DNA of 41,033 nt, from IMG/VR virus record IMGVR_UViG_3300032237_000768, positions 1-41,033 of that record; one strand, written 5' to 3'. This document shows, in pieces, positions 28,703 through 36,065 of the stretch. How positions within the stretch are numbered: position 1 is the stretch's first letter; each line of letters starts with the position of its first letter. Position numbers and translations under genes: made by a program. The notes below the pieces were generated by a model, which was not told the origin of the DNA, did no database searches, and was given only the letters and a program-made list of their open reading frames with translations. This DNA comes from a virus (Duplodnaviria > Caudoviricetes).

Positions 28703-29191
28703 ATGGCAGTATTAGACCCAAACGAAATATTTTTTACCGCGTTTGAACCGAAACAAGCGAATAGATTCATCATGTACATTGATGGTATCCCAGCTTATGA
28801 AATCAAAGGAGTAGGTGCGGTTTCATTAACTCAAGGTACAGTAGCTTTAAATCACATTAACGTTCAACGTTTTGTAAAAGGCAAAACAACTTGGGGAACT
28901 ATAGCATTTACATTATTCGATCCGATCACTCCATCAGGCGCTCAAGCGGTAATGGAATGGGTACGTTTACACCACGAATCAGTAACGGGTCGCGATGGTT
29001 ATTCTGACTTCTATAAGAAAGATTTAACATTCGATGTATTAGGTCCTGTAGGTGATATCGTATCAGAATGGATTATTAAAGGTGCATTAATTGTAGATGC
29101 AAACTTTGGTGAATACAACTGGGATACAGAAAATACAGCAGTTAATATTACAATGACAGTTCAACCTGACTACTGTATCTTAAACTTCTAA
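28703..29191 (+). CDS. Tail tube protein (T4 Gp19-like)
   Basis: Follows the sheath; FEPKQANRF, LFDPITPSGAQAVMEW, YKKD and GPVGDIVSEW motifs. Confidence 0.88.
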   Translation: MAVLDPNEIFFTAFEPKQANRFIMYIDGIPAYEIKGVGAVSLTQGTVALNHINVQRFVKGKTTWGTIAFTLFDPITPSGAQAVMEWVRLHHESVTGRDGYSDFYKKDLTFDVLGPVGDIVSEWIIKGALIVDANFGEYNWDTENTAVNITMTVQPDYCILNF

Positions 29192-29214
29192 GAAATAATA
29201 AAACAAATACAAGA

Positions 29215-29248
29215 AAGCTCGCATTTTTTGCGAGCTTCCTTTATTTTT
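29215..29248 (+). terminator. Intrinsic terminator after the tail tube gene
   Basis: AAGCTCGCA-TTTTT-TGCGAGCTT stem followed by a T-rich tract. Confidence 0.75.
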
Positions 29249-29259
29249 ATATATTTATA
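29227..29259 (+). promoter_or_regulatory. TTTG-N19-TATATTTA / TATTTATA promoter-like element
   Basis: TTTG at 29227-29230, TATATTTA at 29250-29257, TATTTATA at 29252-29259. Confidence 0.55.
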
Positions 29260-29288
29260 ATAAACAAATTGTTATTAAAAATTAATTT

Positions 29289-30059
29289 ATGGAAGAAAAC
29301 AAATTTAAGTTCCCCACAGAGATGGTGGAATTACCTTCAAAAGGTCTTTTATATCCCGAAGGACATCCTTTAGCATCCGGTCAAGTAGAAATGAAATATA
29401 TGACTGCTAGAGAAGAAGATATTTTAACAAATCAAAACTATATTAGATCTGGAGTTGTTATTGATAAATTATTACAATCAATGATTGTTACTAAATTTGA
29501 TTATAAGGATTTATTAGTAGGTGATAAAGATGCTATTATGTTAGCAGCTCGTATTTTAGGATATGGTAAAGACTACGAATTTACATACTACCCAGAATAT
29601 TCAGATACTGAAGAAAAATTAAATGTTGACTTAACACAACTTAAAGAAAAAATTCTTCAAGAAGAACATATTTTAACAAAAGGTAAAAACGAATTTTCTT
29701 TTAAATTACCTAATACAGGAAATGAAATTACTTTTAAAATATTAACTCACGGTGATGAACAAAATATTGAAAAAGAACTTCAAGGATTGAAAAAAATTGA
29801 TCCTAAAGGAAATTCAGAAGTAACTACTCGTTTACGTCATATGATTCTTTCTATAAATGGAGATTATGATAAAAAATCTATTAGAGAATTTATTGAATAT
29901 GGTTTATTAGCTAAAGATTCAAGAGCATTTAGAGAACACTTTACTAGTATATCTCCAGGTATTGATTTAAAATATAATTATGTATTTGAGAATGGTGTTG
30001 AGGAGGACATTACAATACCAATCAGTACTAACTTTTTTTGGCCTGACTCCGGAGTATAG
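29289..30059 (+). CDS. Tail assembly chaperone / baseplate hub assembly protein (T4 Gp26-like)
   Basis: VELPSKG, MTAREEDIL, LLVGDKDAIMLAARILGYG, C-terminal FFWP; sits between the tube and tape measure genes. Confidence 0.75.
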   Translation: MEENKFKFPTEMVELPSKGLLYPEGHPLASGQVEMKYMTAREEDILTNQNYIRSGVVIDKLLQSMIVTKFDYKDLLVGDKDAIMLAARILGYGKDYEFTYYPEYSDTEEKLNVDLTQLKEKILQEEHILTKGKNEFSFKLPNTGNEITFKILTHGDEQNIEKELQGLKKIDPKGNSEVTTRLRHMILSINGDYDKKSIREFIEYGLLAKDSRAFREHFTSISPGIDLKYNYVFENGVEEDITIPISTNFFWPDSGV

Positions 30060-30318
30060 ATCTTATTTATTTAGTCAAATTCATGAAATATTGTTCCATG
30101 GTCAAGGAGGTTATGATTATGAAACAGTATATAACATGCCCTTATGGTTGAGAAGATTTACATATAATAAAATCTATGAATTTTATGAAAATAAAAACTC
30201 TAAAAACCAAAAAGACACAGTTCAAGAATCAATAAAAAATATGAAAGCAGCGGGAGCAACCGCAAACTCTACAAAAATTCAACCCCCCACATATATTACT
30301 AAGGCATCAAAAAAATGA
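30034..30318 (+). CDS. Probable frameshift-accessed C-terminal extension of the tail chaperone (ORF track 29980..30318)
   Basis: Overlapping +1 frame reads FFGLTPEYR...YNMPLWLRRF from the T7 run at 30033-30039. Confidence 0.65.
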   Translation, partial: FFGLTPEYRSYLFSQIHEILFHGQGGYDYETVYNMPLWLRRFTYNKIYEFYENKNSKNQKDTVQESIKNMKAAGATANSTKIQPPTYITKASKK

Positions 30319-30326
30319 TGCCTTTT
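30301..30326 (+). terminator. Hairpin/terminator over the stop codon at 30318
   Basis: AAGGCATCA-AAAAAA-TGATGCCTT followed by TT. Confidence 0.6.
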
Positions 30327-30328
30327 AA

Positions 30329-30336
30329 TATTTATA
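30329..30336 (+). promoter_or_regulatory. TATTTATA putative late promoter motif
   Basis: Recurrent motif upstream of the tape measure ATG at 30354. Confidence 0.65.
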
Positions 30337-30353
30337 ACATATAATATCAAATA

Positions 30354-33290
30354 ATGGCTGAAAATATAAAAGACTTACAAAAAGAAATTGATTCCCTAAA
30401 AAAATCAATTAAAAATTTAGGGGGTGAAACTTTTTCAGATATGAATGCTGCTATTCAAGCATTTGGGGGTGGTGTTGAAGGTGCCAAGAAGTTAATAACA
30501 AACATGAAAGAGGATGTAACTAAGTTACAAGATACTTTTGGTAATATTTCATCTACATTAAAAAATATAGTTAATGATTTACGAGGAGCACCCAATCCCG
30601 TAAAAGAAACTACTAAATCTTTTGATAAATTAGAAAGTTTAGCTCGTAGAATTAACGAACATAAAAAAGGTGAAGAAGTTTTAACAATTAAACAATTAAA
30701 AAACACCGAAAAACAAACTAGAGCGGAAATTGAACGTTTAAAGGAATTAGAAAAAACTTTAGATAAACAATCAGACGCTTACAAAGAAATTAATGATGCC
30801 TTAAATAAAGAAACAGGTTTTTTAAAAGATATTGTTAGTTTAACTAAACAAGAAGTAGAAGCAGAACAAAAACTACAAAAAACATTAGGTATTACCGGAG
30901 CAATGTTCAATGGTATAACTAAAAGTTTAGAAAAAATTGGTATTGAATCTGAGCATTTTGAAAATATAAAAAAAGATTTAAGAGAAGCAGCTAAATCAGG
31001 CGATGGTTTTAAAGTAATAGGTGCTGGATTAAAAAGTATGGTTGGAGGGATTAAAGAAGCATTAACCGATCCTTTAGTTCAACTAACTTTAGTAGCAAAA
31101 ACATTTCAAACCCTATATAAAATAGGTATTGGTTTTAGTAAAGACCAAGCCGACATATCTAGAACATTAGGAGTAAGTTCAGATAGAGCAGGAGAAATGG
31201 CAAACAATATGAGATCAATGGCTCGTAATTCAGGTGATTTGTTTGCTAATGCTAAAGATAATTTAACGGCATTTAAAGAATTAAATGATGCTTTTGGAAC
31301 TAGTGTTGAATTTAATCAAAAACAACTTGCAACACAAACAAAATTAAAAGAAGCAGCAGGTTTAACAGCTGACGAAGCTGCTAAATTAGCGGAATATGAA
31401 CAAATAACAGGTAAATCATCTGAAGATATATATAATAATATAGGAAAAACTAATAAAGGTGTTTTAAGTCAAAAGAAAATTACTCAAGAAGTTTTAAAAG
31501 TTTCAGGTCAATTAGCTGCTCAATATAAAAATAATCCTGATTTAATAGCTAAAGCTGTAACTCAAGCTCAAAAATTAGGTATGACTTTAGAACAAACTAA
31601 AAACATATCTAAAGGTTTATTAAATTTTGAAGATTCAATCTCAGCAGAATTAGAAGCAGAATTATTAACTGGTCAAGATTTAAATCTTGAAAAAGCTAGA
31701 GGATTAGCATTACAAGGAGATACAGCCGGTGCGGCCGCTGAATTAATGAAAAATTTAGGACCTAATGGTTTACAACGATTCCAAAAAATGAATGTACTTC
31801 AACAGGAATCGTACGCTAAAGCTTTAGGTATGAGTGCTGATGAATTAGGTGATTCTTTAAGAAAACAAGATGCTTTACAAAAACTAGAAAAAGGCAGAGG
31901 AAAAGGAATAACAGAACAAATTAAAAAACTTGAAGCTGCTGGAGAAACGGAAAAAGCAGCTGAATTACAAAGAAGAGTAACACAAGGAGAAACAGTTGAA
32001 TTAGCAATGCAACGATTAGATGCTGAAGCTGAATTAACTAAAAATGTAGAAAAAACTAAAGATAGTTTAACTTCTATGATTGCTGGTCCTTTAGGAAGTA
32101 TAGTAGGGATGGCTACTTCCTTATTAGGAATGATACAAAAAATTCCGGGATTAGGAACCATATTAGGGATTATAGGGGCAGGAGCTGCTATAGGCGCCTT
32201 AATAGTTGGGGTAGGATTATTAGTTAAAACAGTTAAGGGAGCATTTGGAAAAGGTCCAGCTGATAAAACAGCAAAAAATACAGAACGTACAGCAGATGCC
32301 GTAGAAAAAATAGCTAACAGTGGAGGAAGTATAGATGGTACGGGAGGTTTAAGTGGTGGAAGAGGTAAAAAAGGTAAAAGAGGTAGAAAAGGTAAAAGAC
32401 GTGGAAAAGGAGCAGCTTTAGCATCTGCAGCTTTTGGTATGATGGAAGCGGCTGATAGTGATGCTATGTCTGACATGATAGGTGGTGGTGCAGACGCAGT
32501 AGACGCAATTTCTGAAATAACATCATCTTCAACACCTTCATCATCTCCAAAACCATCAGCACCAAAAATAGGTAGCGCACCCGCCGCTGCCGCTTCTGAA
32601 TCAAAAGGTTTAATGGGTGCCGCTTCTAAATCAAAAGGTTTATTTGGAAAAATAGGTGGATTTTTTGGAGGTATTGGTAAAAAAATTAGTGGTGGATTAG
32701 GTGGTTTTAAAAAAATACTTGGTGGACCTATTGCTAAAGGTTTTGGTAAAATTTTAGGACCTATTTTATCAATTGTTGAAGGTGTATCAAGCGCCGCTTC
32801 TATAATTTCCGAAGCAAGAGAAAAAAAAGCATCAGGAGAAAAGGTAGATCCGGGAGCTTTAGGAAAATCTTTAGTACAATCCGCAGCTTATCCTATTGCT
32901 AATTTAGGAATAAACGCAATTCCAGGAATAGGTACAGCTATTAGTATTGCTGATGGTATAGCAGGAAGTTTAGGATTTTCTCCAATTAAATGGATTACAG
33001 ATAATTTAGTAGATTTAGTTCCTAATGATGCTTTCTCAGGATTAGGTAATTTAGCTTTAGGAGACAGTTCAGAAAAAGCAATGGCTAAAGGAGGAATAGT
33101 TACAGGTCCAACACGTGCATTAGTAGGTGAAGCTGGTCCTGAAGCAGTAATTCCACTTAACCAATTAATGAATGAATTTAAAGAAATGAAACAAATATTA
33201 AGTGCAATTTTACATAAAGAAGGTACTATAACATTAAATGGTACAAAAATGGGTACAGCAATGGCTGTAGGTTCATATAAAGTTCAATAA
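30354..33290 (+). CDS. Tape measure protein
   Basis: 978 aa, helical and Ala/Lys/Gly-rich, with hydrophobic segments and C-terminal MAKGGIVTGPTRALVGEAGPEAVIPL; follows the chaperone gene. Confidence 0.85.
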   Translation: MAENIKDLQKEIDSLKKSIKNLGGETFSDMNAAIQAFGGGVEGAKKLITNMKEDVTKLQDTFGNISSTLKNIVNDLRGAPNPVKETTKSFDKLESLARRINEHKKGEEVLTIKQLKNTEKQTRAEIERLKELEKTLDKQSDAYKEINDALNKETGFLKDIVSLTKQEVEAEQKLQKTLGITGAMFNGITKSLEKIGIESEHFENIKKDLREAAKSGDGFKVIGAGLKSMVGGIKEALTDPLVQLTLVAKTFQTLYKIGIGFSKDQADISRTLGVSSDRAGEMANNMRSMARNSGDLFANAKDNLTAFKELNDAFGTSVEFNQKQLATQTKLKEAAGLTADEAAKLAEYEQITGKSSEDIYNNIGKTNKGVLSQKKITQEVLKVSGQLAAQYKNNPDLIAKAVTQAQKLGMTLEQTKNISKGLLNFEDSISAELEAELLTGQDLNLEKARGLALQGDTAGAAAELMKNLGPNGLQRFQKMNVLQQESYAKALGMSADELGDSLRKQDALQKLEKGRGKGITEQIKKLEAAGETEKAAELQRRVTQGETVELAMQRLDAEAELTKNVEKTKDSLTSMIAGPLGSIVGMATSLLGMIQKIPGLGTILGIIGAGAAIGALIVGVGLLVKTVKGAFGKGPADKTAKNTERTADAVEKIANSGGSIDGTGGLSGGRGKKGKRGRKGKRRGKGAALASAAFGMMEAADSDAMSDMIGGGADAVDAISEITSSSTPSSSPKPSAPKIGSAPAAAASESKGLMGAASKSKGLFGKIGGFFGGIGKKISGGLGGFKKILGGPIAKGFGKILGPILSIVEGVSSAASIISEAREKKASGEKVDPGALGKSLVQSAAYPIANLGINAIPGIGTAISIADGIAGSLGFSPIKWITDNLVDLVPNDAFSGLGNLALGDSSEKAMAKGGIVTGPTRALVGEAGPEAVIPLNQLMNEFKEMKQILSAILHKEGTITLNGTKMGTAMAVGSYKVQ

Positions 33291-33295
33291 TTAAA

Positions 33296-33303
33296 TATTT
33301 ATA
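33296..33303 (+). promoter_or_regulatory. TATTTATA putative late promoter motif
   Basis: Recurrent motif upstream of the ATG at 33320. Confidence 0.65.
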
Positions 33304-33319
33304 ATAAAAATAACAAACC

Positions 33320-33640
33320 ATGGGATTATTAGACAAATTAACAAAAGACGGCTCAACTTTATCTCAATTTGATGGAGCACAACCCCCATCATATAATGGT
33401 GTATCACAATACCAAGAAGATTTAAGAGTATCTCAATTAGACCTAGACGGTAAAAACCCAGCTAAATATGATCAAGCAAGTGCTTATCAAAAAGGATTAG
33501 CAATATCTCAATTAGATTTAGATGGTAAAGATCCAGCTAAATACGATCAAGCAAGTGCATATCAAAAAGACTTAGCATTTTCTAAATTAGACTTAGATGG
33601 TGGTAATCCATTACCTTATTTGAACAATTTACCTAAATAA
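33320..33640 (+). CDS. Small protein with 25 aa SQLDLDG repeats
   Basis: SQLDLDGKxPAKYDQASAYQKxLA is repeated. Confidence 0.7.
   Translation: MGLLDKLTKDGSTLSQFDGAQPPSYNGVSQYQEDLRVSQLDLDGKNPAKYDQASAYQKGLAISQLDLDGKDPAKYDQASAYQKDLAFSKLDLDGGNPLPYLNNLPK
33431..33610 (+). repeat. 75-bp coding tandem repeat (about 2.4 copies)
   Basis: Units start at 33431, 33506 and 33581. Confidence 0.85.
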
Positions 33641-35734
33641 ATGGGTTTAAGAGATTTAAAAACAGATTTAAAGTCCTTACGTTATAGTGGTGATACATTA
33701 GGCGGAGGAACCAGTAATCAGCCTTATATTAAGGCAAAGATTCCTGACAGCTTTAATAATTTACAAAACGCAAATAGCGATTTTATATTAAGAGGCGGTA
33801 TATTAGCCGCTCGAGATTCGGCCGTCGATATTGTGCGCCTAGGAAAAATGTTTATTGATACAAAGTCACCAAATGGTTTACTTTTTATTGCTAAACAACA
33901 ATTATTATCTCGTATTGCTGTTCGTACTCAAACTAGTGGAAGAACGTTAAATGAAGGAGTTTATTCTCCTTTAAATACATTAGCCGAAGCAGGTGTTGTT
34001 GCTTTTGGAGGACATCTTGTAAAACAAGGTATTAATCCATTTGTAAGTACAGGGGCTTATTCTAACAATAATAATTTATATGCTGTTAGAATGAGAAACT
34101 ACAACAATGATGGAAATGTTGATGAAAGTGGACTTTTATTAAATCGATTAGTTTCTTTATACGCTTCTAAAATTAATAATATTCCGGTTGGAATTGGAGC
34201 TACAACTGCTAACAGTATTGCTCCTAATCCCTCTGATAGTAAAAAAGCCCAAGTAAATTTAATATCCTATCCAGGAGGACCAGGGGCACCTTTAGGTATA
34301 GGTAAAACAAATATTAGATTTGCAGATCAAAGAACAGGTATTAATAATCCAAAATTTACAACAGGACAGCTTTTTGGTCCACTTTCATGGACTCCTAAAC
34401 AAAATACAACTCCTTTTATAGATCCTTTAGATTATAGTAATTTTGAAATAAATCAAAAAGGCCCAGCTTATAATGTTTATCAACCAACTACAGGATCATT
34501 ATCACCTTTAAAATCTTTAAATTATCTAAAACCTGATAATCAAATAATTGATTCTCAAAAAACACCACCTTCAGGAAGAACATCAGGTAGTTTAAATGGT
34601 CCAGTTTTTAATGTTTACAATAGTGCAACAGGATCAATTTCACCTACACAATATGTTAGTAATTTAAATACAAAATCAAATAATCCATTATTAACAGATA
34701 ATACAGCAATGCCTGGAGTGTTAAGTGATGAATTATTTAATCAAGATACATTTACTTATACTCAAAAGGATATACAAAAATCTCCTCTTAATTATTTAGG
34801 AGCACCAAGTATAAGAGATTTTAGAAAAATAATAAGATCTAATATAAGAAATAATCAACCTAGGATAGAAAATGCTAATTCTTTAGGAGCAACCCCTAAT
34901 ACTCCTAATTACTTTTTAAAAAATCTTGAAAAAAGAACAAATATAGGAGGTAGTAAAAATCTAGGCCCAGGTAATAAAACAGGTAAAAATTTAGTATCAT
35001 ATACTAGAGGTTCCGATATTGGTCCTATAGATAAAATAAATGCTTTAAATTTATATTCAAGTAAAAAGGTAACTTCTAATGAAGTTAAAAATGATTTAGT
35101 AAAATTTAGAATAGCAGCTATTAATAATAAAACTCCTACTTTAAAAACATTTATGCACTTCAGAGCATTTATTGATAATTTTTCTGATTCATATACGGCA
35201 ACTTGGAATCCGATAAATTATTTAGGTAGGGGTGAACAATTTTATACATACAATGGTTTTACAAGAACAATATCTTTAGGATGGACAGTAGCGGCTCAAT
35301 CAAAAGAAGAGCTTATGCCTATGTATCGTAAGCTAAATTATTTAGCATCTAACCTTGCCCCCGATTATACAAGTAAAGGTTATATGGTTGGTAATTTAGT
35401 TCAATTAACAATAGGGGGATACTTATACGAACAGGTTGGCTTTATAACTTCTCTTACGTATGATATACCCGCAGAATCACCTTGGGAAATAGGAATAAAT
35501 GATACTGGTGGTTATGATCCAACAACAAAAGAAATGTCTCATATTTTAAAAGTAACAGGATTTAGCTTTACACCAATTCATGACTTTATTCCATCTAAAC
35601 AAACATTAACGGCTCCTGATGGTAATGTTACTGGATTTGGAAACCAAAAATATATAGCATTATCTACTGATGAAAGTGTAAGCGCTACTGATGGATATTC
35701 ATATATAGATTCAACAACAAACGCACTAAAATAA
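33641..35734 (+). CDS. Baseplate / tube-initiator-like protein
   Basis: C-terminal FRAFIDNFSDSY...YLGRGEQFYTY.GFTRTISLGW...LTIGGY tube-like domain; located after the tape measure gene. Confidence 0.55.
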   Translation: MGLRDLKTDLKSLRYSGDTLGGGTSNQPYIKAKIPDSFNNLQNANSDFILRGGILAARDSAVDIVRLGKMFIDTKSPNGLLFIAKQQLLSRIAVRTQTSGRTLNEGVYSPLNTLAEAGVVAFGGHLVKQGINPFVSTGAYSNNNNLYAVRMRNYNNDGNVDESGLLLNRLVSLYASKINNIPVGIGATTANSIAPNPSDSKKAQVNLISYPGGPGAPLGIGKTNIRFADQRTGINNPKFTTGQLFGPLSWTPKQNTTPFIDPLDYSNFEINQKGPAYNVYQPTTGSLSPLKSLNYLKPDNQIIDSQKTPPSGRTSGSLNGPVFNVYNSATGSISPTQYVSNLNTKSNNPLLTDNTAMPGVLSDELFNQDTFTYTQKDIQKSPLNYLGAPSIRDFRKIIRSNIRNNQPRIENANSLGATPNTPNYFLKNLEKRTNIGGSKNLGPGNKTGKNLVSYTRGSDIGPIDKINALNLYSSKKVTSNEVKNDLVKFRIAAINNKTPTLKTFMHFRAFIDNFSDSYTATWNPINYLGRGEQFYTYNGFTRTISLGWTVAAQSKEELMPMYRKLNYLASNLAPDYTSKGYMVGNLVQLTIGGYLYEQVGFITSLTYDIPAESPWEIGINDTGGYDPTTKEMSHILKVTGFSFTPIHDFIPSKQTLTAPDGNVTGFGNQKYIALSTDESVSATDGYSYIDSTTNALK

Positions 35735-35737
35735 CAA

Positions 35738-36061
35738 ATGAATAGATATCAAAACATACCACAAACAAAAATAAACGGAAGATTAGTTTATCAAACTTCG
35801 CGTTACCCTCAAGTACCGTTAAGTCCTAATGATATTTATGTTTATACTGTACAAGGAGATAGATTTGATGTTTTAGCATTACAATATTATGGGGATAGTT
35901 CATTATGGTGGATTATTTCTATTGCAAATACAGCAACTGCAGGCACTTCAAGTCCTGCAGATTTACCTCAAAATTCATTACTTATACCTCAGGGTACACA
36001 AATAAGAATACCAGCTAACCCTCAGGCTATAGTTACAGAGTTTAAATTAATAAATCAATAA
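35738..36061 (+). CDS. LysM-like baseplate protein (tail X / Gp53-like)
   Basis: VQGDRFDVLALQYYGDSSLWWIISIAN...GTQIRIP motif. Confidence 0.8.
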   Translation: MNRYQNIPQTKINGRLVYQTSRYPQVPLSPNDIYVYTVQGDRFDVLALQYYGDSSLWWIISIANTATAGTSSPADLPQNSLLIPQGTQIRIPANPQAIVTEFKLINQ

Positions 36062-36065
36062 AGTT

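Noticed and set aside
31799-32476. 225 aa minus-strand ORF and other short antisense or alternate-frame ORFs (e.g. 159, 979, 1671, 19586, 27581, 38228)
   Set aside because: They overlap well-supported + strand genes and show no recognisable motifs.
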